Source: a virus. Taken from it: a stretch of 64,000 nucleotides of DNA. Location of the stretch: positions 1 to 64,000 of IMG/VR virus record IMGVR_UViG_3300027749_000049; one strand, given 5' to 3'. This document shows, piece by piece, positions 39,117 to 48,377 of the stretch (positions are counted from its first letter, which is position 1; each line of letters begins with the position of its first letter). A model generated the notes under the pieces. That model worked only from the letters and a program-made list of their open reading frames with translations. It searched no databases and was not told where the DNA came from. A program made the position numbers and the translations under genes.

Positions 39117-39302
39117 ATGCTAATAATAAACGTAAAGGACAATGGAACTTTAGACAGGGCTCTTAAAGTTTTAAAACGCAAATTTGAAAAAACTGGTACA
39201 GTAAAGCAGTTACGTTCCCGAAAGGAATTTATAAAACCAAGTATAAAACGTCGAGAAGAGATTCGTAATGCACAGTACCGCCAATCTCTAAACAATGATT
39301 AA
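39117..39302 (+). CDS. rpsU: Ribosomal protein bS21 (phage-encoded)
   Basis: MLIINVKDNGTLDRALKVLKRKFEKTGTVKQLRSRKEFIKPS...Y matches Bacteroidota bS21; ATG at 39117. Confidence 0.93.
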   Translation: MLIINVKDNGTLDRALKVLKRKFEKTGTVKQLRSRKEFIKPSIKRREEIRNAQYRQSLNND

Positions 39303-39762
39303 AACATTTTCTAATTTCTTGGCAGAAACAAAGAAATATTCAGATGGAGCTGGTGTAGCTATTCTTTATCAAAAAAAGATTCTACTAGTTCATCCAACTA
39401 ATGGTAGCTGGACCAAACCAATTATGGGAATTCCAAAAGGCAAAATTGAAGTTGGAGAAGACCTAATGGAGGCAGCGCTTAGGGAACTTCGCGAAGAAAC
39501 TGGAATTAGGCTCTCACCCGATAAATTAGAACCAGGGGTTGAAACTGTTCAAGTTTTTGATAAGGACGGCAACTATAAAAGCTCACTTCATTATTTTATT
39601 TGTAGAATCTCAAACCTTTCCGAAATTGGCCTAGACGGATTGGCTATTCCAAAGAATCAATTACAGCCAGAAGAAATTGACTGGGCTGGCTTTATCAATA
39701 TTAAAGATGCCTATTCAAAGGTATCCAGAGCACAATTAATAATTTTAGATAGAATTTCCTAA
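39295..39762 (+). CDS. Nudix hydrolase with N-terminal capsid-targeting-like tag
   Basis: Nudix box GKIEVGEDLMEAALRELREETG; N-terminus MIKTFSNFLAE. Confidence 0.9.
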   Translation: MIKTFSNFLAETKKYSDGAGVAILYQKKILLVHPTNGSWTKPIMGIPKGKIEVGEDLMEAALRELREETGIRLSPDKLEPGVETVQVFDKDGNYKSSLHYFICRISNLSEIGLDGLAIPKNQLQPEEIDWAGFINIKDAYSKVSRAQLIILDRIS

Positions 39763-39813
39763 AACTCCTTCACCATTTTTAGTAAAATAGCTAAACAACA
39801 AATTTTATATAAA

Positions 39814-40374
39814 ATGGAAAATCAACAAGACCTAATTACTGACGAACTAGTAATTGACGAAGCTACAGTAGCTATCGAAGAACCTCAAACTGAAATGGCA
39901 CCAGACATGGAAATGGAAGAGCCAACCCAAGAACCTCAAGCTGAAATGTCAGAGTTAGACATGTTAATCAACAAACGAACTGGATTTTTCCAAGTTAATT
40001 TGGACATTAAAGATCTAAAATGGATTAAAAATTCATGTAATGATGGTAAATTTGGATTCACAGGCCCAAATGAAGCCTTTATGATTATGAATTGTTTCAT
40101 GGGATTCTCTTCTGCTATTGCACGTCTTGAGCAAGAAGAAAAAGCGGCTGAATCAGCTGGAGTTCAAATTCAAGCTTCTGCTGTTGAAGCTGCAGCAATC
40201 CTTATTAATAAATTCGAAGGTTCAAGTTTAGAATCAGCACAACGAATTTTTAGAATTGCAATTGCTCTTAACAATCCAGTAATGGAAATGAAGCAACTTG
40301 ACCAAATCATTAACCAAATTAAATTGGAAAGTGCAAAGCAGGACGAACTTGCTAATCAGGAATCTCAAGCTTAA
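39814..40374 (+). CDS. Hypothetical acidic protein
   Basis: 186-aa ORF followed by a terminator. Confidence 0.65.
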   Translation: MENQQDLITDELVIDEATVAIEEPQTEMAPDMEMEEPTQEPQAEMSELDMLINKRTGFFQVNLDIKDLKWIKNSCNDGKFGFTGPNEAFMIMNCFMGFSSAIARLEQEEKAAESAGVQIQASAVEAAAILINKFEGSSLESAQRIFRIAIALNNPVMEMKQLDQIINQIKLESAKQDELANQESQA

Positions 40375-40391
40375 TTTTTAAATTTTTATTT

Positions 40392-40416
40392 AAAAGCCGC
40401 GTCAGCGGCTTTTTTT
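40392..40416 (+). terminator. Rho-independent terminator
   Basis: AAAAGCCGC-gtca-GCGGCTTTT followed by a T run. Confidence 0.85.
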
Positions 40417-40434
40417 GTTTAGTATAATAGCCAT

Positions 40435-41724
40435 ATGACAAATCTAGATTTTAAAGCAGTTGCACAATTCATTGAAGAAATGAAAGCAACTTCTTCAACA
40501 AATGATAAAAAAGAGATACTTAAAAAGTACGATACTCCGGTATTGCGTAAGCTGTTTGAATACGTATATTCTCCTTTTAAACAGTATTATGTTACTTCGG
40601 ATAACCTAAAGAAACGTCAGGATCTTAGTTTTGATAACTATGATGATCTATTTGCTTTACTTGATGATCTGAATGCAAGGCTAATCACAGGTCACAATGC
40701 TATTCAAGTAGTTAATGGTTTTATTGCCAAGAATCAGGAGTTCGCGGAGGTCATCTATGATGTGATAGACCGAAACCTAAAAACACGAGCAACTACAACC
40801 CTAATTAATTCAGTAATGCCAGGTACAGTACCTACATTTGATGTTGCCCTAGCTGAGAAGTTTGATGGTAATGAGAAAAAGGTAAACTTTGAGTCCGGAG
40901 AATGGTGGGCAAGTCGTAAGCTTGATGGAGTTCGATGTATTACTGTAATTGATGCAGATGGAGAACCTAAATTCTATTCACGAGCAGGCAATGAATTCTT
41001 AACTCTTTCAGTCCTGGCCCAAGATATTAAGAGGCTTGGCTTAAAGAATAAAATATTGGATGGAGAAGTTTGCGTTATGAAAGAAGGCGGGCTTGAAGAT
41101 TTCCAAGGTATTATCAAAGAAATTGGCAGAAAGAACCATACTATTCAAACTCCAAAATATTATGTATTTGATTTTTTAGAAGCCGCTGAATTTTGGAATC
41201 AAGCTGGAGACGTTTCTCTGTCAGCCCGACTAATTATCCTAAATGCAATTGTAACTGACTTAACCTATGCTGAACCGTTACCTCAATTCCAAATTAAATC
41301 AGTTGAAGAATTTGAAAAAATTGTAGCTGATGCAACTGAAATGGGTTATGAAGGAGTAATGATGCGCAAGGATATTGGTTACGAAGGCAAACGTTCAAAG
41401 AACCTGCTTAAGGTTAAAAAGATGCATGATGCCGAATATGTCGTAATCGATCTTGAATCTGACGTAAATCGTATTATTGATATGGGTAAAGAAGTTGAAG
41501 AACTTATGTTAAAGGCCGTAATTGTAGAACATAAAGGCAATAAGGTTAGAGTAGGTTCAGGCTTTAATCTTGAACAAAGACGTCACTATCACGAAAACCC
41601 AAATGAAATTTTAGGTAAAACAATTACCGTACAATTCTTTGAAGAAACTACTGATCAACATGGTGCTCACTCACTAAGATTTCCAGTATTCAAAGCAGTT
41701 CACGGCCAAAAGAGAGAATTTTAA
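40435..41724 (+). CDS. lig: ATP-dependent DNA ligase
   Basis: KLDGVR (motif I), LDGE, YEGVMMR, LLKVK and SLRFPVF. Confidence 0.95.
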   Translation: MTNLDFKAVAQFIEEMKATSSTNDKKEILKKYDTPVLRKLFEYVYSPFKQYYVTSDNLKKRQDLSFDNYDDLFALLDDLNARLITGHNAIQVVNGFIAKNQEFAEVIYDVIDRNLKTRATTTLINSVMPGTVPTFDVALAEKFDGNEKKVNFESGEWWASRKLDGVRCITVIDADGEPKFYSRAGNEFLTLSVLAQDIKRLGLKNKILDGEVCVMKEGGLEDFQGIIKEIGRKNHTIQTPKYYVFDFLEAAEFWNQAGDVSLSARLIILNAIVTDLTYAEPLPQFQIKSVEEFEKIVADATEMGYEGVMMRKDIGYEGKRSKNLLKVKKMHDAEYVVIDLESDVNRIIDMGKEVEELMLKAVIVEHKGNKVRVGSGFNLEQRRHYHENPNEILGKTITVQFFEETTDQHGAHSLRFPVFKAVHGQKREF

Positions 41725-41732
41725 TTTAATAT

Positions 41733-42212
41733 ATGAGCAAAAGAATAATTTTAGTCGGCAAAGCCGCAAGCGGCAAGGATTTCCTTCGCAAAAAATTTGA
41801 AGATCGCGGGTTTAAATACGCAATCAGTTACACAACACGGCCGCCAAGAGAAGGCGAAATAGATGGAAAGGATTATTTCTTTATGACACGAGCAAATGCT
41901 CAAGATATGATTGACACAGGTCAGTTTTATGAATGGGTTGCATTTAACAACTGGATATACGGAACAACGGTTGACCAGTTTGAAGAAGACGATCTTTTTA
42001 TTATGACGCCATCTGGCCTAGCTCACTTATCAGATGATGCGCGTAAAGAATCACTTGTAATCTTTTTTGATATTGATGAAGAGATTAGACGTAAGCGTAT
42101 GCTTAGTCGCAATATGCCTGGAGATTCAGTTGATCGTCGACTTGAAGCAGATCGCAAAGATTTTGAAAATTTTACTAACTACGATATAAAAATAACTAAT
42201 CACGATTTCTAA
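41733..42212 (+). CDS. gmk: Guanylate kinase-like protein
   Basis: GKAASGKD P-loop; YTTRPPREGEIDGKDYFF. Confidence 0.88.
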   Translation: MSKRIILVGKAASGKDFLRKKFEDRGFKYAISYTTRPPREGEIDGKDYFFMTRANAQDMIDTGQFYEWVAFNNWIYGTTVDQFEEDDLFIMTPSGLAHLSDDARKESLVIFFDIDEEIRRKRMLSRNMPGDSVDRRLEADRKDFENFTNYDIKITNHDF

Positions 42213-42213
42213 T

Positions 42214-42633
42214 ATGGCATTTGAATTAACAGGGGTAATTATCGAAATATTCCCAGCACAGACATTTAACAAAGGCTTTCGCAAAAGAGAGTTTGTAATT
42301 GAATCAGGGGACAAGTACCCACAAAAAATAATATTTGGACTAGTCCAAGATAAATGCGATATGATTGACTCATATGGCGTTGGAGACACAGTGTCTATTT
42401 CATTTGATGTAAAAGGCCGAGATTGGACAGATAAGTCTGGTCAAACCAAATACTTCAATAGTCTTGAGGCTTACCGAATTAGTGGTCAACAGCGTGCATC
42501 CACTAAAAGTAAAAAAGTTGAAGAAGAGGACGAAGACGATGAAATCTTCCGCAGTCTTGGAATTGACACTGGTCCTAAAAAATCATCAGCACCAGCTAGT
42601 TCATTTAGTGATGATAGTGATTTACCATTTTAA
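42214..42633 (+). CDS. DUF3127 family OB-fold (SSB-like) protein
   Basis: FRKREFVI...YPQKI...GRDW...YFNSL with an acidic DLPF tail; family typical of Bacteroidota. Confidence 0.85.
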   Translation: MAFELTGVIIEIFPAQTFNKGFRKREFVIESGDKYPQKIIFGLVQDKCDMIDSYGVGDTVSISFDVKGRDWTDKSGQTKYFNSLEAYRISGQQRASTKSKKVEEEDEDDEIFRSLGIDTGPKKSSAPASSFSDDSDLPF

Positions 42634-42642
42634 TCTATAAAT

Positions 42643-43269
42643 ATGAAATATATCTCAATCGATATCGAAACAACTGGTCTAAATCCAGAGTCTTGTCAAA
42701 TTCTTCAAATTGGTGCAGTGATTGAAGACACTCAAAATTTGCTACCATACGATCAACTGCCTAAATTTCAGTGTATCATTGAACATGAAGCTTATGTTGG
42801 AAGTGCATTTGCGCTTTCCTTAAATTCATGGATCCTAAAAATCTTAGGTGGTCTTGAAAATAAAACCAAGGAAGAACGTTTGGAATACCGAAAGGTCCAT
42901 AATATTTTACCTGCCGGCTTGGTTGCAAAATCTTTTCAAATGTGGTTAATCACAAATGGGTTTCCATGTGAAGCAACCGGTGGTGTAAAGATTAATGCTG
43001 CTGGTAAAAACTTTGCAAGTTTTGATAAAGTATTTCTACAAAAACTTCCAAATTGGATGAGCTCAATTCAAATGAGACAGCGTATCCTGGACCCAGCTAT
43101 TCTATTAATGGACTGGCACAATGATGAAAGTTTACCGAATTTACAAACATGTATGAATCGATGTAAATTAACAGGTGAAGTAACCCATGATGCTCTGCAA
43201 GATGCATTAGATGTGGTTAGAGTCATCCGAACTGTAACAAATGAGTACTTATTTTTAGGCCAACTTTAA
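42643..43269 (+). CDS. DEDDh 3'-5' exonuclease
   Basis: SIDIETTG, GKNFASFD and HDALQDA motifs. Confidence 0.88.
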   Translation: MKYISIDIETTGLNPESCQILQIGAVIEDTQNLLPYDQLPKFQCIIEHEAYVGSAFALSLNSWILKILGGLENKTKEERLEYRKVHNILPAGLVAKSFQMWLITNGFPCEATGGVKINAAGKNFASFDKVFLQKLPNWMSSIQMRQRILDPAILLMDWHNDESLPNLQTCMNRCKLTGEVTHDALQDALDVVRVIRTVTNEYLFLGQL

Positions 43270-43278
43270 TTAATTAGG

Positions 43279-43557
43279 ATGAATATTTTAAAACTAAAAG
43301 AGTTTTTATTGCTATTTGCAATTCAGCTTTTACTTTATGGAATTCTGTGTATAAATTTTAGAGCAGTTGCTGAAACTCAATATCACTTAGCAGCAGTTAG
43401 CGATTTTACAATAGCTTCACTAAATTTTTTCGTAATCCGAAAAATTGCAAAGAGCGAAGATTCACTACACCAATGGTTTGGTTATGTTGCAGGTTCAGTA
43501 GCCGGGTCCTATTTAGGAATTTGGTTATCGGTTCAACTAGCCAATACAATTTTGTAG
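43279..43557 (+). CDS. Small membrane protein
   Basis: Three hydrophobic helices; GYVAGSVAGSYLG. Confidence 0.65.
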   Translation: MNILKLKEFLLLFAIQLLLYGILCINFRAVAETQYHLAAVSDFTIASLNFFVIRKIAKSEDSLHQWFGYVAGSVAGSYLGIWLSVQLANTIL

Positions 43558-43569
43558 TATAATAACTAC

Positions 43570-44544
43570 ATGAAAGATACTAATGTCCGTTTGGGTTATT
43601 GTTGCATTAATTTGTCTCTAGCCGACCAAAAAATTACAGCTAACCGAGGTATGATCCGTAAAACTTTTCAGGAAAAGGGTGTTTCATATTGTGCCGAGCT
43701 TGCGCATCAAAATATAAAAGATGTTCTAAAAATTCTGGAATGGAATTTGGCCAATGGCATTTACGTATACCGAATGTCAAGTGATATTTTTCCATGGATG
43801 TCAGAATACGAAATTCAAAGGCTGCCAAATTTTCCAGAAATTTTATCAGACATGCAGGAGATTGGCAAGTTTGCAGTTGCAAATAATATCAGGGTATCAA
43901 TGCACCCAGGCCAGTTTGATGTCTTGCCTTCTCCAAGAGCCGATGTTGTTGCAAAAACAGTAAAAGATCTGGATCAGCACTGCGAAATTATGGATCTTAT
44001 GAAGTTGCCAACAAATGTAGGGTTTCCAATCAATATTCATATTGGCGGTACCTATGGCGATAAAATTGCAGCTGCTAAACGTTTTTGCGAGAATTTTCAA
44101 CTACTTAAACCAAATACCAAAGCCAGGCTGGTTGTAGAAAATGACGATAAGGCTACTCAATATTCAGTAGTAGATCTTTATCAACTCGTATACCTTGAAA
44201 TAGGTACTCCTATTACTTTTGATTTTCATCATCACAGGTTCAATACTAGTGATCTTACCGAAGAGGCTGCACTTAAGCTGGCCGCTACCACTTGGCACGG
44301 CCATACTCCGCTTACTCATTATTCAAGTAGCAAAAAAACATTTGAGGATCCGGGCGTAATTGCCAGATCTCATGCTGATTACATTTATGAGCAAATAAAT
44401 AATTACAGTCAGGCAATAGATATTGAAATTGAGGCAAAGGCCAAAGACTTAGCTGTACTTAAGTATCGTGAAGGTTTTAATTCTTTGCTTGAAAACTATT
44501 TAGAGTTTGACGATAAGAGACTATTTGAAAAAATTGAAGCATAA
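43570..44544 (+). CDS. uvsE: UV DNA damage endonuclease
   Basis: LGYCCIN, YRMSSDIFP, SMHPGQF, VENDD, FDFHHH, HADY and EAKAKD motifs. Confidence 0.95.
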   Translation: MKDTNVRLGYCCINLSLADQKITANRGMIRKTFQEKGVSYCAELAHQNIKDVLKILEWNLANGIYVYRMSSDIFPWMSEYEIQRLPNFPEILSDMQEIGKFAVANNIRVSMHPGQFDVLPSPRADVVAKTVKDLDQHCEIMDLMKLPTNVGFPINIHIGGTYGDKIAAAKRFCENFQLLKPNTKARLVVENDDKATQYSVVDLYQLVYLEIGTPITFDFHHHRFNTSDLTEEAALKLAATTWHGHTPLTHYSSSKKTFEDPGVIARSHADYIYEQINNYSQAIDIEIEAKAKDLAVLKYREGFNSLLENYLEFDDKRLFEKIEA

Positions 44545-44804
44545 TGGCTGAAGAAACAACTAAAGATTGCGGTTGCGGTAATAAACAACCAGTTCCACAA
44601 ACTACCGTACTCAGTAGAATCATGAATAAAGTATTTGTGAATGATGCAGAAAAAGACCGTCGAATGGCAATTTGCAAAGAGTGTCCACACTTTGGAGAGA
44701 TCCTAACCCAGTGCGGCATATGCGGCTGTTTCTTAGAGGCAAAAACCAGACTTGTTGGATTTCATTGCGCACTAGATCAAATTGGCGAGGAACCTAAGTG
44801 GTAA
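44544..44804 (+). CDS. Small Cys-rich (Zn-binding) protein, DUF6171-like
   Basis: RMAICKEC...CGICGCFLEAK...C...KW. Confidence 0.7.
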   Translation: MAEETTKDCGCGNKQPVPQTTVLSRIMNKVFVNDAEKDRRMAICKECPHFGEILTQCGICGCFLEAKTRLVGFHCALDQIGEEPKW

Positions 44805-44880
44805 TAAATAAATTTGAAATTTTAGAAATTTCCTGGCGATCTTAAATTAGTGAGCTTGAAAAAAGAGACACATATGGACA

Positions 44881-45105
44881 GTGACAGTCAAAACTCAAAG
44901 AAGAACCCTACTCGGGAATCTATCCACTTGGAGCATGATGCTCGCACTATTTTTCAACCCATTTGGCTTCGATATTGTCCAATTTTGGCTAATCGAAGCG
45001 ACTGGCAGCTTGTGGCGAGCCAATTTCGTTATGTACTGTATTGCGGCAGTTTTCTTTGGATCCTCTATTTACTTTCGTTGGCGTTATAAAAAACTATCTG
45101 TATGA
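44881..45105 (+). CDS. Small two-TM membrane protein
   Basis: LFFNPFGFD segment, two TM helices and a basic C-terminus; ATAAATA at 44804. Confidence 0.6.
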   Translation: MTVKTQRRTLLGNLSTWSMMLALFFNPFGFDIVQFWLIEATGSLWRANFVMYCIAAVFFGSSIYFRWRYKKLSV

Positions 45106-45329
45106 GAGACTGTTTATCCCTAATCAATACGACCCTAACCAAAGATGGAATTATGCATCAAATAAAAGACCTTAGCGTTAGTTGCCTAAATCATACCTAT
45201 ATTACAGTCCAGTGCAGTCAAACCGGCTGTAGAATCAACTATAAGTTCACAGATTTTCAGTCCTTCTTAAACGACAATGGATTCTCATTAAGAGAATCCA
45301 TTGCTAAAGAATATCAATTTAAGGATTAG
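45102..45329 (+). CDS. Hypothetical protein
   Basis: 75-aa ORF with ATGA overlap. Confidence 0.5.
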   Translation: MRDCLSLINTTLTKDGIMHQIKDLSVSCLNHTYITVQCSQTGCRINYKFTDFQSFLNDNGFSLRESIAKEYQFKD

Positions 45330-46408
45330 ATTCCGTATATTGCAGAAATTGCAGCATAGTTTGAATTTGAAATTGCATTGACTGCCCCGGTTGCTGTTGC
45401 TTGGTCATAATACCCATAAGCTTTAAATCCATAAACTCTGGTAGTGGTTGCATGGGTTGGAGAAACAACAGATTCGCATAGCGTAAGATCTGGAATTGTT
45501 GAACTCGCTAGAGAACCTGTACCAGATAGCACACCGCCGCCAGCATTGTGACCGTTTATATAAAGAGTGGCTTGGCCTGGATCATCGAATCCAGTTGGAA
45601 TATGTGCAGCAATATGAAATATACCAGTGGTAACTAGAGCACCTGCCCAGCTAATAGTAAAGCCTCCAGATTTCATAATAATGTTTCCGCTACTGGCGAT
45701 AATTGAAATACTATCAGTATGAGTACCTACTAAATAATTTTCGGTTCCATCTTGATAAAATACTCCTTCTACCGCTAACGATTCATTAAATGAACCACCT
45801 GCAGCATTTTTAAAAGCACCTAGCCTTAAACTACCGTTGCTAACTGATCTAAAATAACCTACAAAACTTCCAGCTGCTGGAGCTGTAAATGCACCATCGG
45901 TTGCCCTAAAAATATTTTGTGAACCTCCAGCAACTAAATCATAAACATATGAGTCTGTTCCTGGGTAACTTGCTAAGAATCCTAATTCAAGATTTACTGC
46001 GCATTCAGTATCTAGTAAATATTCAGGATAGTGTGTGTTAACCAACATGTATTTACCAGTACCAATTAGCCAGGCAATTGCGGTTGCATAATCTGCAAAT
46101 AATTCGTAATTATTTGCTGATCTTTCAGGTAAACGACTAATTAATTCAATAATATCTGGTTGAGATTGACCACTAATCCAGTGAATTGATGGTTTTGCTG
46201 CTGTTTGAGTATCAACTCCGCGGCTGTAAGTGTCTGTATAAATTACAGTGTTGGTTGATGGGTTAATACCCGCTCTCCAATTATTATTGGTTAGAGTAGT
46301 GTAGTCTTTTTTAACGGTCCCTAATGAAACTGGGCCGAAATTAACGGAATCCCTGTTTGGTTTAGATAACCCGTTGTAACATACTGGGTTAATGTAATTT
46401 ACTGCCAT
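45326..46408 (-). CDS. Putative virion surface protein with LamG/ConA-like domain
   Basis: SYPGT...DL and FHIAA...LYING motifs; shares an N-terminal module with 12626..14059; TATTTAT at 46432. Confidence 0.55.
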   Translation of the reverse strand: MAVNYINPVCYNGLSKPNRDSVNFGPVSLGTVKKDYTTLTNNNWRAGINPSTNTVIYTDTYSRGVDTQTAAKPSIHWISGQSQPDIIELISRLPERSANNYELFADYATAIAWLIGTGKYMLVNTHYPEYLLDTECAVNLELGFLASYPGTDSYVYDLVAGGSQNIFRATDGAFTAPAAGSFVGYFRSVSNGSLRLGAFKNAAGGSFNESLAVEGVFYQDGTENYLVGTHTDSISIIASSGNIIMKSGGFTISWAGALVTTGIFHIAAHIPTGFDDPGQATLYINGHNAGGGVLSGTGSLASSTIPDLTLCESVVSPTHATTTRVYGFKAYGYYDQATATGAVNAISNSNYAAISAIYGI

Positions 46409-46481
46409 AATGTATAAAAATTATTTTAAGTTATTTATTTAGCCAAATTTTAGATTTTTTGAAAACCTTTTTTGCTAACCA

Positions 46482-46520
46482 TGATATAATAAATAGACTT
46501 TACAATAATCGTTCTTTAAT
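46482..46520 (+). promoter_or_regulatory. Promoter (TGnTATAAT overlapping ATAAATA) and boxA-like element upstream of the ncRNA
   Basis: TGATATAAT at 46482-46490, ATAAATA at 46489-46495 and CGTTCTTTAA at 46510-46519. Confidence 0.6.
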
Positions 46521-46523
46521 TTA

Positions 46524-46925
46524 CGTTGGAAAAACCTGATAGGAAGTCATGAGCCTTTCAGGAGTATGTGCCAGAACAACCTGATTGTAAAACAGGTAAT
46601 GGTTTAGATTAGGAGGATGCTCCGCAAGTATTGGCTGAACGGTCAACTTGAACCAGTTAACCGCTGGAGTCTAAGGTTTTGATATCCATATATGGTATTT
46701 TGCAATCGGCATACGGGTATAAAATAGTCCCGTTAAATGGCTGAATAATCCTTTGCTAGGTGGGATAAAGCACTCGTACTGTTGTGGTTAACACGATAGT
46801 GATTCAAGCGGATCCAACTTGCTTTGAGTCGACTCTGACAGGAGTGTACGAAGGTTGTCGTTATAACGCAAGCTCAGCATCAAATTGGAGGTAAACCCTA
46901 CCCCTCTCATACGTTTTTTCCGACG
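46524..46925 (+). ncRNA. Unassigned ~400-nt highly structured non-coding RNA
   Basis: No ORF of 60 aa or more and higher GC than the flanks. The ends pair (CGTTGGAAAAA/TTTTTCCGACG), with many internal helices whose G.U pairs fit the + strand. Flanked by a promoter and a terminator. Confidence 0.75.
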
Positions 46926-46930
46926 ATACC

Positions 46931-46963
46931 AAGGCTAGCCGTAAAAAAGCTAGCCTTTTTTTT
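46931..46963 (+). terminator. Rho-independent terminator
   Basis: AAGGCTAGC-loop-GCTAGCCTT followed by a T run. Confidence 0.85.
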
Positions 46964-46988
46964 GTTTACAGAGTATAATAATATTATT

Positions 46989-47213
46989 ATGGGATTTAAC
47001 AAATTTTTTGTACCTGAACCAGCCGAAGTTGCTAGACAGGTAAAATTAAACGGGCCGACTCAATTTATTAATCGTAAAATTGATGCAATAATCGGTAATT
47101 CAACTAGTATTGATATAATGGATCATATTTATGAAAGGTCACAAACTGGCCAAACTGATGATCAGATCCTAAAAAGTCTAGTCAAAAAATTTCCGGTGTA
47201 TTTTAATGCCTAG
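46989..47213 (+). CDS. Hypothetical protein
   Basis: ATG at 46989 (MGFNKFF), just after AGTATAAT at 46972. Confidence 0.6.
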   Translation: MGFNKFFVPEPAEVARQVKLNGPTQFINRKIDAIIGNSTSIDIMDHIYERSQTGQTDDQILKSLVKKFPVYFNA

Positions 47214-47496
47214 TCCAGCCAGAGCAAAAGAGGTTTGTTTACTAACGGTTGTCACTGGAGAAGCCCAAACTCATCTATGCGTTATTGGTACCTTTAGGGG
47301 AGCCTATAAACTTGCACTATTTGAGGCAGCTATTTCTTTTCCAAATTTAACAGAGCGTGCAGCTCAGACCCTAATGAATCAAACAGGCGCAGTTAAACTT
47401 TGGGATACCAAAAAGTTTGCATATGAAGAAGAGGCCAGGTGGTCGCCAGTTGGAAAGATAATTTCAGTCTGTAAAGTTCCAGTAAAACACACATAA
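47206..47496 (+). CDS. Hypothetical protein
   Basis: 96-aa ORF ending at a terminator. Confidence 0.55.
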   Translation: MPSPARAKEVCLLTVVTGEAQTHLCVIGTFRGAYKLALFEAAISFPNLTERAAQTLMNQTGAVKLWDTKKFAYEEEARWSPVGKIISVCKVPVKHT

Positions 47497-47523
47497 AAAA
47501 AGAGAGCAGTTGCTCTCTTTTTT
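47495..47523. terminator. Bidirectional terminator
   Basis: A-run GAGAGC-agtt-GCTCTC T-run between convergent genes. Confidence 0.8.
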
Positions 47524-47540
47524 ATTTAAGTAAGTTAGGG

Positions 47541-47738
47541 TTATTCAATTAGGCCTAGAATCCTTGATTCTTGAACTGCTTCTAATTGACATGGCGAAAT
47601 TCCTTCACCAAATCTTTTTAATAATTTTTCTTCGGCTTCTCCGATTGAAGTTGCTTCAACCAAGTACTGTTCACGAATTTTTTTCGTTTTGCCGTTGTCG
47701 TCTTCCGACTCAAATCTTAATTTTGCTAGATAATACAT
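47541..47738 (-). CDS. DUF4494-like protein
   Basis: YYLAKLRF...NGKTKKIREQYLVEATSIGEAE matches the Bacteroidota DUF4494 N-terminus. Confidence 0.75.
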   Translation of the reverse strand: MYYLAKLRFESEDDNGKTKKIREQYLVEATSIGEAEEKLLKRFGEGISPCQLEAVQESRILGLIE

Positions 47739-47774
47739 ATTGCTTTTAAATTTATGTTATGTTATACTAGTAAA

Positions 47775-48341
47775 TTATCGAGTAGTTTTACGAGGTCTTA
47801 AAGATTGAGGCTTTTTACCAGTTTCAAGATTTGAATCTTTTGCGGAAACCGTTAACACTCCATTATCTGGAATATTATTGGTCTTTGCAAATATCTTTTT
47901 CTTATTCATAGACTCTTCAGTTTTCTGTGCAGATTTTAAAGCGCCTGGAGCTGGATAACCTTTTTCTCCTGGCTTTGCAGGTTTTTCTCCACGCTTTCTT
48001 TTTGCATTAATATTATCCCATAAACCTTTTTTCTTTTCGGAAATTTCTAGGCTTGCTAATAGTGCATCAGACTCGTCTGCAAAACTTTGAGCAATATCTT
48101 CTCCAAATTCGTCATAAATTTTTGTAATAAGATCATTTTGTAAATCTTTAATTCGGCTTGCCGTTTCATACTTATTGGAGTGTTGATCAATTTCAACTGG
48201 CTCATTTGTATAGTTACTAGCTAATTCAATTAGATCTTTTGAAATATTATGGTAAAAAGAATCCGATTTTGTATTTGGTGCTTGGTGGAATTCATCGTAA
48301 CTCTCTTCAAAGCTTTCAAATAGTGCAATGTAATTTTTCAT
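47775..48341 (-). CDS. Putative head-internal protein
   Basis: N-terminal YIALFESFEE tag; basic GLWDNINAKRKRG...PG..GYP motif; GATAAATA upstream. Confidence 0.6.
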   Translation of the reverse strand: MKNYIALFESFEESYDEFHQAPNTKSDSFYHNISKDLIELASNYTNEPVEIDQHSNKYETASRIKDLQNDLITKIYDEFGEDIAQSFADESDALLASLEISEKKKGLWDNINAKRKRGEKPAKPGEKGYPAPGALKSAQKTEESMNKKKIFAKTNNIPDNGVLTVSAKDSNLETGKKPQSLRPRKTTR

Positions 48342-48377
48342 TTGTTTTTGGTATAATTTTATAAACTTATTTATCTA

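Noticed and set aside
44850-45089. 79-aa ORF overlapping 44881..45105
   Set aside because: The alternative frame gives a more coherent two-TM protein that couples to the next gene.
46524-46925. Assignment as RNase P RNA or group I intron
   Set aside because: Only fragmentary motif echoes. The RNase P conserved 3' region and helix order are not seen, and there are no flanking exons. Left unassigned pending cmscan.
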